Below are positions 10,887-21,977 of a DNA stretch of 64,000 nt, piece by piece; the stretch's first letter is position 1, and each line of letters starts with the position of its first letter. The notes beneath the pieces are model-generated. The model did no database searches. It was not told where the DNA came from and saw nothing but the letters and a program-made list of their open reading frames with translations. Made by a program: the position numbers and the translations under genes. The stretch covers positions 621,803 through 685,802 of the forward strand of contig ML996687.1 of NCBI GenBank assembly GCA_010356995.1, written 5' to 3'. Origin of the DNA: Trichodelitschia bisporula. Lineage: Eukaryota.

Positions 10887-12839
10887 ATGTTCAATGGCGC
10901 CTACGGCATCGCCCGAGCCGCCCGCCATGCCCACCTCCCTCCCGCTCACCGACCGATAACCCCTCGCCTCTCCCCCCTCCCCCGCCGTACCCTCCAAACC
11001 CAACAATTCTCCCCCTTCACACCTCCCGATCCCGCGAAACTCGGCCCACCGCGCATACGCAATCCCCGAAAACCGCGTAAAGGGCTTAGGCGACTGCTCC
11101 TCATTTCCGTCATCGGCCTCCCGACAGCCTACTTCCTCGACACACGGTTCAATGCCTCGGCGCTCACGCGCAGCGCGCGCACCTTCTGGACGGGTATCTT
11201 AATCGGCGTGGATTACAAGATCAATTTCCGCCCCAATCCCCCGCTGGCCGATTCGATTGAGGACCTGCACGCGCGGAATGCGCAGCGCATCTTCGATCTA
11301 CTCCGCGAGAATGGCGGACTGTATCTTAAGATCGGGCAGGCTATCGCTATGCAGAGCGCGATTCTGCCCCCGGCGTTTCAGAAGATGTTTGCAAGAATGT
11401 TCGACGATGCGCCGCAGAACGACTGGGTGGATGTTCAGCGCGTGATTCGCGAGGACTTCGGCGTTACGCCCGAGGAACTCATCGGCGACGTCATTGAGCA
11501 TACGGCGCGGGCGAGTGCGAGTGTGGCGCAGGTGCATTGGGCGCGCTTGCCCGATGGACGGGAAGTCGCGGTCAAGATCCAGAAGCGCGAAATCGCAGCG
11601 CAAGTCGGGTGGGATCTGTGGGCGTTCAAGGTCGTCGCCCGCGTGTACAGCTGGTGGTTCGATCTGCCGATGTACACCCTCGTGCCGTACATCTCGGAGC
11701 GCCTGATGCTGGAGACGGATTTCGAGGTCGAGGCTGATAATGCGGAGGAGATGGCGAGGCTGGTGGCGGGCGAACCGAGGCTGCGCGGCCGCGTTTATAT
11801 CCCGAAGGTTTATCGCGAGTTGAGCTCCCGTCGCGTTATGACGTCGGAGTGGATTGAGGGTGTACGGTTATGGGATAAGGATGGCATCACTGGACAGTGG
11901 CAGGGCGGGTGGCGCGCCGGAAGCCCTGGCGCTGGCGGGACACCGCTCCCTGAAAAGGATCTTCAGGAACGCTCCCCGCACACCGATCTCGAGAAGTCAC
12001 ACCTCAAGCCCGACCGCGGTAGCTGGCAGGGCCGAGACGGAAAAGGCGGACTCGGCGTCTCCCTTAAAGCCGTAATGACCACCATGGTCGACCTCTTCAG
12101 CGCACAAATGTTCCTCTGGGGCGTCGTCCACTGCGACCCACACCCAGGCAACATCTTCATCCGGCGTCTCCCCGGCGGCGCACCCGAACTCGTGCTCATC
12201 GACCACGGGCTGTACATCCGCATGGCCCCTGGATTCCGGCACCAGTACGCGGCGTTTTGGAAGGCGCTGATTGGGTTTGATAACAAGGCTATTGCGGACA
12301 TTGTGCATAGCTGGGGGATTAATAACCCGGATATTTTTGCGAGTGTTACGCTTATGCGGCCGTATACTGGGGGGGCGAATAAGAGGGATCCGGAGGAGGA
12401 GAAGAGGTGGAAGGCGATGAGTGAGAATGAGCGCGCGTATGAGACGCAAGTCGCGATGCGTGCGGGCGTGCGCCAGATTCTGGGCGACGAGGATAAGTGG
12501 CCAAGGGAGCTCATTTTCATCGGGCGGAACTTGCGCATTGTACAGGGGAACAATGCCTTCCTCGGCAGTCCCGTCAATCGGATCAAGATCACGGGGATGT
12601 GGGCTTCGCGCGCTCTGGCGGAGAGTCGCGATTTGAGAGCGTGGGATAGGGTGCGGAACTGGTGGGGGCATTGGGCGTTCCGGCTTGTGTTGCTTGGGAG
12701 CGATGTGGTGTGGTGGTGGGCGCGCGTGAAGCAGGTTTTGGGCCTTGGGGGTGGGATGGAGCAGGAGATTGAGGAGAGGATGAGGGTTATGGCGAAAGGG
12801 TTTGGGGTTGAGCTTAATCATGGGTTGTTTGAGGGGTAG
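10887..12839 (+). CDS. ABC1/UbiB atypical kinase (ADCK1/Mcp2-like), probably mitochondrial
   Basis: Motifs GGLYLKIGQ (KxGQ), ASASVAQVH, VAVKIQ, HCDPHPGN and IDHG. Arg-rich N-terminus. Confidence 0.92.
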   Translation: MFNGAYGIARAARHAHLPPAHRPITPRLSPLPRRTLQTQQFSPFTPPDPAKLGPPRIRNPRKPRKGLRRLLLISVIGLPTAYFLDTRFNASALTRSARTFWTGILIGVDYKINFRPNPPLADSIEDLHARNAQRIFDLLRENGGLYLKIGQAIAMQSAILPPAFQKMFARMFDDAPQNDWVDVQRVIREDFGVTPEELIGDVIEHTARASASVAQVHWARLPDGREVAVKIQKREIAAQVGWDLWAFKVVARVYSWWFDLPMYTLVPYISERLMLETDFEVEADNAEEMARLVAGEPRLRGRVYIPKVYRELSSRRVMTSEWIEGVRLWDKDGITGQWQGGWRAGSPGAGGTPLPEKDLQERSPHTDLEKSHLKPDRGSWQGRDGKGGLGVSLKAVMTTMVDLFSAQMFLWGVVHCDPHPGNIFIRRLPGGAPELVLIDHGLYIRMAPGFRHQYAAFWKALIGFDNKAIADIVHSWGINNPDIFASVTLMRPYTGGANKRDPEEEKRWKAMSENERAYETQVAMRAGVRQILGDEDKWPRELIFIGRNLRIVQGNNAFLGSPVNRIKITGMWASRALAESRDLRAWDRVRNWWGHWAFRLVLLGSDVVWWWARVKQVLGLGGGMEQEIEERMRVMAKGFGVELNHGLFEG

Positions 12840-12988
12840 ATGTACAATACGGCCTGAGAGTATGAAGGGCATACATCACGGCGCAAGGGGCGTATGATTC
12901 ACCTCAACTCTATACATAGACGACTTTTGTACCTAGACACCCTTAAAACTCCAACCATTTTTCTATCCAACCCAGCCCACAGTGCCCC

Positions 12989-14254
12989 TTAAAGCTTCGC
13001 TCTCCCCGACTCCCCCTCCAACCGCCCCTTTACCCACTCCTCAATACTGGCTACAAGCGCCTCGACTTCCTCCCTGCTATTCCCCGCATGCAAACACACC
13101 CTCACCCGCCTCGTCGGCACCGTAGGCGGCACAACCGCCCGCACCACAAACCCGCCCTCCTGACACCATGCCGCCAAACTCCTCGGATGCTCCGTCTGGA
13201 GACTGAAAATCGGTGACGGAGGCGGGTCCGCTGCCACACTGAGGGTACGGGCCAAGTTCGGATACTGCTTATACCGCCCCAACAAGCCCAAAAGTAGGGC
13301 ATGCATATACGCCGTCAGCGCCGTCAAGTGCTTTACCAATGGCTTAGTAGCTCCGGATTCCAGCAGCCCGTACGCAGCGCGCACGCCTGCCAGCGAAGGG
13401 AAGGGCATGAAGGTCGTGTATATCAGCGGCCGCGCGTAGTTTACCAGATACTCACGCACAAGCGGTGAGCACAGCACAGCAGCCCCTCCAGCGGCCAGCG
13501 CCTTGCCGAAGGTGTGCAGGCGTGCGAAGATGCGGTTTTCGAGGCCGAGGGCGCAGACTAACCCCCTGCCCTGTGGGCCGAGGACGCCGGTTCCGTGTGC
13601 TTCGTCGAGGATGATGTGGGCGTTGCGGTGCGGGAAGAGGGTTGACGTTAGGGTGGTTATGGCGGCCAGGGGCGCGATGTCGCCGTCCATGGAGTAGACG
13701 GATTCGAGGGCGATGAACCCATTGGTTTGGCCGGATGCCAGGCCGGGGTGCGAGGCGAGGAGGGAGGTGAGGATGCGTTCTAGGTCGTCGACGTCGTTGT
13801 GCGCGAAGGGTAAGGTCTTGGAGGCGCGGGACAGGCGCATCCCGTCGTGCACGCTGGCGTGGATGAGGGCGTCGTGTACGATTACATCGCCTGGCTGTGG
13901 GACACAGGCGAAGACCCCGGCGTTGGCGTCGAAGCCGGAATTGAAGAGCAGCGCTGCTGGGGCGCGGTGGAAGGTCGCGATGGTTGATTCGAGAGCGAGG
14001 GCGTACGGGCTGTTGCCGTCTAGCAGGCGGGAGCCGCCGCTACCTAGGGGGAAGGTTGGGTGCGCGGCGAGTTCGGAGAGGAAGGTTTCCCGGAGGAGGG
14101 GGGATGTGGAGAGGGAGAGGAAGTCGTTGCTGGAGAAGTCGATGCTGCCGGTTGGGGCGGTGGTTAGGCGTCGGAGGGTGGAGTTTTTGAGGCGTTTCTG
14201 GAGGCGGGCGTGGAGGGCGGTCTCCAGGCCGGGGGCTGGTTTGAAGTCCTCCAT
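12989..14254 (-). CDS. bioF: 8-amino-7-oxononanoate (KAPA) synthase, peroxisomal
   Basis: Motifs FSSNDFL, GSGGSRLL, HASVHDG, SVYSMDGD, DEAH and TFGKA. C-terminal PTS1 -AKL. Confidence 0.95.
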   Translation of the reverse strand: MEDFKPAPGLETALHARLQKRLKNSTLRRLTTAPTGSIDFSSNDFLSLSTSPLLRETFLSELAAHPTFPLGSGGSRLLDGNSPYALALESTIATFHRAPAALLFNSGFDANAGVFACVPQPGDVIVHDALIHASVHDGMRLSRASKTLPFAHNDVDDLERILTSLLASHPGLASGQTNGFIALESVYSMDGDIAPLAAITTLTSTLFPHRNAHIILDEAHGTGVLGPQGRGLVCALGLENRIFARLHTFGKALAAGGAAVLCSPLVREYLVNYARPLIYTTFMPFPSLAGVRAAYGLLESGATKPLVKHLTALTAYMHALLLGLLGRYKQYPNLARTLSVAADPPPSPIFSLQTEHPRSLAAWCQEGGFVVRAVVPPTVPTRRVRVCLHAGNSREEVEALVASIEEWVKGRLEGESGRAKL

Positions 14255-14740
14255 GGCTGGTAGGGATGTGGTGCTGGCAGAGTTGAAGTTGGTGATGGTT
14301 GATGGTTGATACGGACGGAGGTGAGGAAAAAGCCGACTCAACGCGATTGAAGCGGGATCTTTACGGCATCAACTCAACGATCAACCAACAAGCTGCAAGG
14401 GGACGTGAGGCTCACCACGCTCCCTCTCTCGAAGAAGTCAATTTTATATAAAAAGTAAACACGCCGTTCACCATCCCCGATCTCGCATCCGAGCACCCGG
14501 GGTAAGACGCGCGGCTGGCCGCAGCCGACGTGACGTCGCACCGCCGCATTTTTCCGCCCCCGGCGAGATCGGAAAAGCCCAGCCCAGCCCCAGGTCCGGG
14601 GTGCCGTGCCGCGCGATCGGGATCTTCGGTAAAGAGCTTCAGCCACCGCCGAGATATCAGATCTCGACTCTCAGATCTTGTCCGAAGGCGGAGTCACGCG
14701 AGACGGTGGAGGAAGCGAAAAAGGACAGAGAAGCAGCGCA
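14255..14740. promoter_or_regulatory. Bidirectional bioF/bioDA promoter region
   Basis: About 490 bp between divergent ATGs, with an AT box TTTTATATAAAAA near 14442-14454 and eight GATC cores. Confidence 0.6.
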
Positions 14741-17223
14741 ATGCGAGTCGGTCCCGGGCTCTGGCCGCGCCTGCGCGCAGTCCAGGTGTACGGCGCGAAT
14801 ACAAATGTCGGCAAAACGCTCGTCTCGACGCTGCTGGTCAAGGCCGCGCGTGAGCGTCGTAACTGGCGAACTTGGTACTTGAAGCCCGTATCGACGGGGC
14901 CACTGGATGAGGCGGACAATAGGTACACTTCGTATATATACTCCCAACTATTCGGCTAACATCACCAGCCATATCGCCCGCCATGCGCCCACCGTCCCCT
15001 CCCGCACGCTCTTCCAATTCCGCACTCCCGTCTCCCCGCATCTCGCTGTGCGCCTCGAATCCACCTCCCTCGGAGACGCACCTATCCTCTCCGGCGTCCA
15101 CGCCGAACTAACCCGCTACGCCGCCGCAGGGCCCGGTTTCGCCCTCGTCGAAACGGCGGGGGGCGTCCTCTCCCCCGCCCCATCGGGCAGTCTGCAGGCC
15201 GACGTCTACCGCCCCCTGCGCCTCCCCGTGCTGCTCGTCGCTGACCACGCGCTCGGTGGGATAGCGACTAGCATCAGCGCGTTCGAATCGTTGCATGTCC
15301 GCGGCTATGATGTCACCTCCGTGGTCCTGATCCAGGATGAGGAGTATCGTAATGCAGAGTATCTGACCGAGTACTTCGCCGATCGCGGAATCGCGACGAC
15401 AGGGATTCCCCCACCGCCGGCGCGGCTGCCGGACTCGAATTCCGATGCCGAGTCACTGGGGAAGTATTACGAGCAGGTCAGTGCTTCGCCTGCGATCGAC
15501 GGCGTGTTGCAGGGAATTGAAGATGAGCACGAGGCCCGGCTCGCAAGACTAGGGACTATGGCCGAGGAGGCACATAAGAGCATTTGGTACCCGTTTACGC
15601 AGCATCAGGGGCGGAAGGCGGAGGATATCCTCGTCATTGACTCGGCGTATGGAGATGACTTTGCTGCTCTGACGCCTACTGGTTTGCCATCCGCCAGCGG
15701 GGTTACGGAGATGCAGTCGGCCACAACCTCGGAGTCGACCGAGCCGACCGAGCTTGCGAAAGCTGCGCCCTCCCTCCTCCAACCCACCTTCGACGGCTCC
15801 GCCTCCTGGTGGACCCAAGGTCTGGGCCACGGTTCGCCCGCCCTCTCCCTCGCGGCCGCGCACGCCGCTGGCCGCTACGGGCACGTCATGTTCGCGGGCG
15901 CCGTGCACGAGCCCGCCCTCGCCCTCGCACAACTCCTCCTCACGCACCACGCCAACCCGCGCCTATCCCGGGTGTTCTACACCGACAACGGCAGCGCCGG
16001 CATGGAAGTAGCGGTAAAGATGGGTTTACGGGCGGCATGTGCGCGGTACGGGTGGGATCATACTGCGAAAAAGGTGGAGATCTTGGGCTTGAAGGGCGGG
16101 TATCATGGGGATACGATGGGGGTGATGGATGCGGCGGAGCCGAGTACGTATAATGCGCGGGTGGAGTGGTATACGCCGCGCGGGTATTGGTTTGAGTTTC
16201 CACAGGTGAAGATGCGGGATGGGAAGTGGGTTGTTGAGAGCCCGGCTGGTTTGGAGGGGATTTTTGGGCCGCCGAGGGAGTTTGGGAGTCTGGGCGAGGT
16301 GTTTGAACTGCAAACCCGCGATGCGAGTGCGTACGAGAAATACATCACTGCTACGCTGAAGGACTTGCGGGATCAGAGCCGGACCTTCGGTGCCCTGGTG
16401 CTAGAGCCCGTGGTACTCGGCGCGGGGGGGATGTATTTTGCGTGCGTTATCCTTCCCCCTCCCCTCCCTCGCTCTTTCTACATAACTAACCCTACTCCCC
16501 AGCGACCCCCTCTTCCAGCACGCCCTCATAAACACAATTCGGCGCAACCCTACCCTCATCTCCGCCACCGCACCGCCGCCCACCTCGGACCCGGAGGACT
16601 GGACCGGCCTCCCCATCATCTTCGACGAAATCTTCACCGGCTTATACCGGCTGGGCCACTTCAACACCTCAGCCCTTCTCCAGGCGGAGCCGGATATCAT
16701 CGCCAATGCGAAGCTGCTAACAGGTGGTCTGGTCCCGCTGTGTACGACCGCGGCGAGCGAGAGTATATTTGAAGCCTTCCTGAGCGCAGATAAGGCGAGC
16801 GCGCTGCTGCATGGGCATAGTTACACAGCCCATGCGGTGGGATGTGCGGTTGCGGTCGAGAGTGTGAAGATGCTCATGGGGTTGGAGAGGACCTGGGGTG
16901 GATATAGGGAGGATTGGGGCGGTGGGAAGGTGTGGAGTATGTGGTCACGGGGCTTCGTTGAGCAAGTGAGTCGCCTGAAGAGAGTGGACTATGCGGCGGC
17001 TATGGGGAGTGTGTTTGTTGTTGCACTCAAGGATGAGGAGGGGGCAGGTTATAACTCCAATGCGTCGGCGGACGTGCAGCGGAGGTTGATGGAGGGGACG
17101 GGTGGGTATCGGATTCATAACCGCGTCCTCGGGAATGTGCTCTACCTCATGGCGAGCGAGACCAGTACGCCGGACACCCTGGCCGAAGTGCAGAGGTGTC
17201 TACTTGAGGCTTTGGAGGCGTGA
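14741..17223 (+). CDS. bioDA: Bifunctional dethiobiotin synthetase / DAPA aminotransferase
   Basis: BioD motifs GANTNVGKT, LKPVSTG and ETAGG; BioA motifs IWYPFTQH, DGSASWW, YHGDT, FDEIFTG and AKLLTGG. Introns 14923-14968 and 16442-16502 restore the frame. Confidence 0.95.
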
Positions 17224-17406
17224 AGCAAAAGTGGCTTCTTTGAATCGATAGTGGCTATGGAGCAGAACAGACCGAGCCTCAAGGCCCAGCCAGGGTAGAA
17301 GGCACAAAAGTAGGCGGATAGACGAGGATCAGGAACGTCATGAGTACATATCTAGCCCGACCCAATGCCACCTGGTATATGCAACCGAAACGCCAATCGA
17401 CCAAAC

Positions 17407-18945
17407 CTACTGCTCATCCTCGATCGTCATGTCGCCCATATCCTCCAGCAGTTGCTCCATGGGCACCTGCAGTCCCTCATCCTCACTAACATCCGTCTCC
17501 TCCTCAACTTCCATCATATCCTCCTCCACCACCTTCGGCAGCTTCGGCGTCTTATACAGATTCAACCGGCTCCGCAGGTCCTCATCCTCCTCCACATCCC
17601 GCAGGAACAACTCGTAATCCGTCTCCGCCTTCTTCTCGTCTTGCTTGCGCGCCAACATCTCGCTCTCCTCGCGCGCCATGCGCTTAAGCCGCCAGTTGCG
17701 GGACTTGTTCTTCTTCTTGCGTGCGTAGAACTTGCGCACGAGCATCACGTCCGGCACAGTGCTGCCGTACTGCTTGGACGCCTCGAGCGCCTCGAAGCAG
17801 TCGTTATTGTAGTTCGAACCCGTCAGGTTGTAGCCCAGGACTGAGTCGCCGGGGTGCAGCACACCACCTAGATGCGTACGGGCGTAGAACGTGGTGCTCA
17901 TGTCCGAGGCGAGGCTGACGGTCGCTTCGGCGAGGACGAAGTGCCCCTTCTGTGGGCCAAGCGGCTCGACTTCTAGCACGATGAACTCGACGAGATCCTT
18001 GACTTGGGCGAGCGAGGTGAACGGCGAGTGCCAGTACTCGCGCGTCGAGATGCTGCCTGTCTTCAGGCTGACGGGGTCGAGCACGTTGACCTCGGTGCCG
18101 ACGCGGTAGACGAGAACGAGAGGAGGAATGTCGCCGATGCTCTTAGCCAACTTAATAGGCAGCGCAACGAGATCATCCTTGCAGAGGGGCACCAGTTCTG
18201 CGCTGTACGAGAACTTGTACTGCTTGACGCTGGTGTGAACGTCATGGCTGATGAGCTCCTGACTCTTCTTGACCAGAGCGGGGGTCACGGAGGTCAAAAA
18301 GTCGATGAATTTCTCAGCCTGGTTTCGTGCACTGAAGAAGAAATCAATGCCGTCGTGCACCTCCTTAATGTTGATGGTGTCGCGGTGAGCGTTGTGCTTG
18401 AGGATCAACTGCTCGAGGAACAGGAACGTCCGTTTGTGCGGCACCTTTTGCCGGACCTGCACGCACGCTCTCCACGTGTGATGCGTGTACGACTTCTTGC
18501 AGTCCGGGCACTGCTGGTTTGCGAGCACATACTCGACTTCGAAGGTCTGCTGGACGATGGTGCCCTGGAACGCTTCCTGTTGGACCGTGATGCGGACCTT
18601 GATCCGCTTGCTGTGCGGCTCCGTCCACACGAAGCTGGCATCTATGATGCGCACCTTGGTGAGCCCCTTGAGCTTGCGCAGACATATGGCGAGCAGCTCG
18701 CGAGACTCGGGTGCTGCGACCAGCCATGAGGAAGGCGGCGAGAGCCACCGGTCGCAATCGCTGCATGAAAGCAGCACAGCCTCGCGCGGGATGCCATTCG
18801 AGATGTCGACGGAGAGTTTCAGGCACTCGTTACAGAGAGCGCCGGCGGAGGTAGTGCCGTCAATAGGAACGCCGCAGTTGCAGCAGAGGATGGTCGCAGC
18901 AGTTTGCTGCTCGAGGTGGGGAAGAGCGACGCTGTCGACCTCCAT
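17407..18945 (-). CDS. NMD3: 60S export adaptor Nmd3
   Basis: Zn-binding CxxC pairs, WTEPHSKRIK and QVRQKVPHKRT. A possible 5'UTR intron lies at 18970-19040 (GTTAGT...CTGAC...TAG). Confidence 0.97.
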   Translation of the reverse strand: MEVDSVALPHLEQQTAATILCCNCGVPIDGTTSAGALCNECLKLSVDISNGIPREAVLLSCSDCDRWLSPPSSWLVAAPESRELLAICLRKLKGLTKVRIIDASFVWTEPHSKRIKVRITVQQEAFQGTIVQQTFEVEYVLANQQCPDCKKSYTHHTWRACVQVRQKVPHKRTFLFLEQLILKHNAHRDTINIKEVHDGIDFFFSARNQAEKFIDFLTSVTPALVKKSQELISHDVHTSVKQYKFSYSAELVPLCKDDLVALPIKLAKSIGDIPPLVLVYRVGTEVNVLDPVSLKTGSISTREYWHSPFTSLAQVKDLVEFIVLEVEPLGPQKGHFVLAEATVSLASDMSTTFYARTHLGGVLHPGDSVLGYNLTGSNYNNDCFEALEASKQYGSTVPDVMLVRKFYARKKKNKSRNWRLKRMAREESEMLARKQDEKKAETDYELFLRDVEEDEDLRSRLNLYKTPKLPKVVEEDMMEVEEETDVSEDEGLQVPMEQLLEDMGDMTIEDEQ

Positions 18946-19246
18946 TTTGATTTTTGGTGAGAATAAAGCCTAGAGAATGTCAGGAATAGCGACAGCTGTG
19001 TGGAGAGGGACGACAGACTTTTAAGAGTGAGGTTACTAACAGCGGAGACACGACGTGCTCCGATTATCAATTGATCGTAAATTTCGCCCCCCGCCACTTC
19101 TGACTCTTCCGGTTCGCGCGGGGCAGCAAATTGTCAGCCCTGTCGGTTGCGGCGCAACGTTGAGCCGGGCAGGTTTCCGATCTGAGATCGACATCGACAT
19201 TTTGTCTTGCCGCAACGACTGTCAATTCACTTCACCACTTGCTGCA

Positions 19247-20338
19247 ATGGCTCTGCGACCGTTTGTTTCTGCTGCGCTGACGTGTAGCGGCTGCCGCTCC
19301 GCTATTATGGGCTCTTTTGTCTCCCGCGCGGGTGTTGGCGCAACACATCCTTCCTCACACATTCCGAAGCGGCGACAGTTCGCCTCGACAACGCTCAGAT
19401 GCTCCACCGAAGCATTTCACACCTTCGAACATGAGGCTTTCGCCAGTCCCAAATCAGCTGCTGCGGAAGAATCATCAAAAGCTGCCTCAGAGCCGTCAGA
19501 AGCGCCAGAATTCGTATCTGAGCAATCAGGAGAACCGCCTTCCGCCCAGGTCGAGGAGTATGTTCCTTGGTACCTGAAAGTCCAACAGCCCAAGCGCACA
19601 CAAGACCCAGCACACCCTCTTGCCGACAAGCAGCGGTTACCCGACCTCCCAGCCGACCCACCCCCAATCCTCCAACCAGTCCTCGAGCACATGTCCGTCG
19701 AGCTCGGCCTCGATAGTCTCAGCCTCCTCGACCTGCGCGCGCTCGATCCGCCCCCCGGCCTCGGCGCCAATCTTATGATGATCGTCGGAACTGCCCGCAG
19801 TCAAAAGCATCTTCAAGTCTCGGCCGACCGTTTTTGTCGCTGGCTGCGCGCCACGTACCGGCTCCGGCCGTACTCGGACGGCCTTCTCGGCAGGAATGAG
19901 CTGAAGCGCAAGATGCGCCGGAAGAATAAGCGCGCGAGGCTGCTGGCGAATGTTGGCGCTGAGGATAAGGCCAGTTTGGATGATGGGATTAGCACGGGGT
20001 GGGTGTGCGTGCATATGGGGCGGACAGAGCCGGCGGAGAGTGTCACTGCGGACGTGGAACGGTCGGAGCGGGTTGGGTTTGGGTTTGAGGATACGCAGCG
20101 GGTCACGCTTGTGGCACAGATTATGACGGAGGAGAAGAGGGAGGAAATCGATCTGGAAGATCTGTGGACTACGCTGCTGAAGCGGTCGTTGACTAAGAAG
20201 CAGAAGCTTCTTGAGGATATTGAGGCGCTGAAGGCGGAACAGGAGAAGTTAGCTCTGGAGGTTACCGGTCATTCGGATGCCGGCACAGAGACAGTAGGTT
20301 CTGGTTCCAGTAGAGCGCAGGATGTTTTGGTGGCCTAA
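19247..20338 (+). CDS. ATP25: Mitochondrial Atp25-like protein (RsfS-like N-terminal domain only)
   Basis: Motifs VPWYL, LDLRALDPPPGLGANLMMIVGTARS, DGLLGRNELK, GWVCV and LEDLW. Confidence 0.85.
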   Translation: MALRPFVSAALTCSGCRSAIMGSFVSRAGVGATHPSSHIPKRRQFASTTLRCSTEAFHTFEHEAFASPKSAAAEESSKAASEPSEAPEFVSEQSGEPPSAQVEEYVPWYLKVQQPKRTQDPAHPLADKQRLPDLPADPPPILQPVLEHMSVELGLDSLSLLDLRALDPPPGLGANLMMIVGTARSQKHLQVSADRFCRWLRATYRLRPYSDGLLGRNELKRKMRRKNKRARLLANVGAEDKASLDDGISTGWVCVHMGRTEPAESVTADVERSERVGFGFEDTQRVTLVAQIMTEEKREEIDLEDLWTTLLKRSLTKKQKLLEDIEALKAEQEKLALEVTGHSDAGTETVGSGSSRAQDVLVA

Positions 20339-20691
20339 CTGCGCTGAGCAGCCTCTGCAACAGATGAAATGACGAGACGGCCTGCTGTATCATAAGATGG
20401 GGTTCAGCCTTAGAGTTCGAGACAGACAATCGTGGAACATTGTGCGATGTTTCAGGATCACTTTCCGCATTCGAGCTGCATGGGGCCTGTACAGTAATAA
20501 CAAAGCGTTCCAAGACAGAACATCCGAAAAGAGCATGAACGAAGCGAGAAGGCCAGATAGTGATTTCAGCCTTCTGACTGACACCACCTAACGCGCTGTC
20601 ACCTGACCGCGCTTGGCCACATTTGCCGCATCAAGATTTCTCCGCCGGTCTCCGACCTCGAACTTTTGAACCCGACAAATACGCCAACACC

Positions 20692-21666
20692 ATGGCCACC
20701 CAAAAACGCAATGAATGGCTCGAGGCCGACGCCAGCGATGAAGATGACGACCGCGGCTACGACTCCGACCTGCAAGAAGACAGCAGAGGCGCAACGCTGG
20801 GAGGCCGCAGCACAAAACGGCGCAAACTCGAGGACGGATCGACCTCCGAAGCCTCGGAAGTGGACGAGCAATCCGGAGACGAAGCCGATGACGATGTAAA
20901 TGTCGAGGAGGAATCCATTTCCAACGCCGTTATTCGCCGCTCACCCAGCCCAAAACGCGACGCATCCCCCGACACAGAAAAGCCGAAGAAGCTCGCCAAA
21001 AGGCTCGCCAAAGCCGCCGATAAAGCCTCACGCACTGGAGTCGTGTACATCTCGCGCATCCCGCCCTTCATGAAGCCACACACGCTGAAGCACTTCCTCG
21101 CCCCGCATGCGCCGAGCGGGCTGGGGCGGCTGTTCCTGACACCCGAGACCGCAGAGGCCCACAAATCGCGGGTGAAGTCTGGGGGAAACAAGAAGCAGAA
21201 CTACACGGATGGATGGGTGGAGTTCTTGTCGAAGAAAGAGGCCAAGATTGCAGTCGAGACGCTCAACGCATGTGTCATCGGGGGCAAGAAGGGAGGGTAT
21301 TACCACGACGATGTGTGGAACCTCAAGTACCTCACCGGCTTCAAGTGGCGCCATCTGACGGAGCAAATTGCGAACGAGAACGCGGAGCGTTCGGCGAAGT
21401 TGAGGGCTGAGCTTTCACGGGAGAAGAGGGAGCAGCGCGAGTACCTCCGCAACGTGGAGCGGGCGAAGATGCTGGAGGGCATGGAGAGGAAGCAGAAGCA
21501 GCGGAAGCTGGATCAGGCCTTGCCGGCCGAGGGGGCGGATCAGTCGACGTTGCAGAAGACGAGGCGGCAGTTCCGACAGGTTGAGGTCATCAGGGGGAAG
21601 ACTGGATTCAAGGATGAACCCGATGGGGCGGCCGGCGTGGAGCGTGTGCTCGGGAAGATCTTCTAG
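20692..21666 (+). CDS. ESF2: Pre-rRNA processing protein Esf2
   Basis: Motifs GVVYISRIPPFMKP, GWVEF, IGGKKGGYYHDDVWNLKYL.GFKW and LGKIF end. Confidence 0.96.
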   Translation: MATQKRNEWLEADASDEDDDRGYDSDLQEDSRGATLGGRSTKRRKLEDGSTSEASEVDEQSGDEADDDVNVEEESISNAVIRRSPSPKRDASPDTEKPKKLAKRLAKAADKASRTGVVYISRIPPFMKPHTLKHFLAPHAPSGLGRLFLTPETAEAHKSRVKSGGNKKQNYTDGWVEFLSKKEAKIAVETLNACVIGGKKGGYYHDDVWNLKYLTGFKWRHLTEQIANENAERSAKLRAELSREKREQREYLRNVERAKMLEGMERKQKQRKLDQALPAEGADQSTLQKTRRQFRQVEVIRGKTGFKDEPDGAAGVERVLGKIF

Positions 21667-21799
21667 TCTGCAGTCGACACACAATATACTCGAGCATTTA
21701 CCGTCATTCGGCCACGGCATCACAGCTAGATTATCGAAGGATCGCGCTATACAATGACAGCATTACAATGAGGCTATCACCGCATCACTACTAGATCAT

Positions 21800-21843
21800 C
21801 ACAGCATCACAATTTAGCCACCACAGCATCACAATTCGGCCAT
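21800..21843. repeat. Degenerate tandem repeat (about 22-nt unit, CACAGCATCACAATT core)
   Basis: Two adjacent copies, with further CATCAC fragments across about 21715-21870. Confidence 0.6.
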
Positions 21844-21977
21844 TACATTCCAGCCACTGCAATCACATTCAGTCGATGCTCACGTATATAACGGGTTACA
21901 TACGCTCTCTCAATGTTCCCTTCCACCCTCAGACTACCCTCTTCCGATCCATACACACTCTTCACACAGCTTTCAAA

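Noticed and set aside
14255..14341. In-frame TTG-initiated N-terminal extension of BioF resembling a mitochondrial presequence
   Set aside because: It needs a near-cognate start with no supporting evidence, and BioF already has a PTS1.
2520..17223. Apparent cofactor supercluster (THI80, CobW GTPase, THR4, ABC1 kinase, biotin genes)
   Set aside because: The genes belong to different pathways and I saw no shared motif. Only bioF-bioDA linkage is established; the rest is probably ordinary housekeeping neighbourhood.
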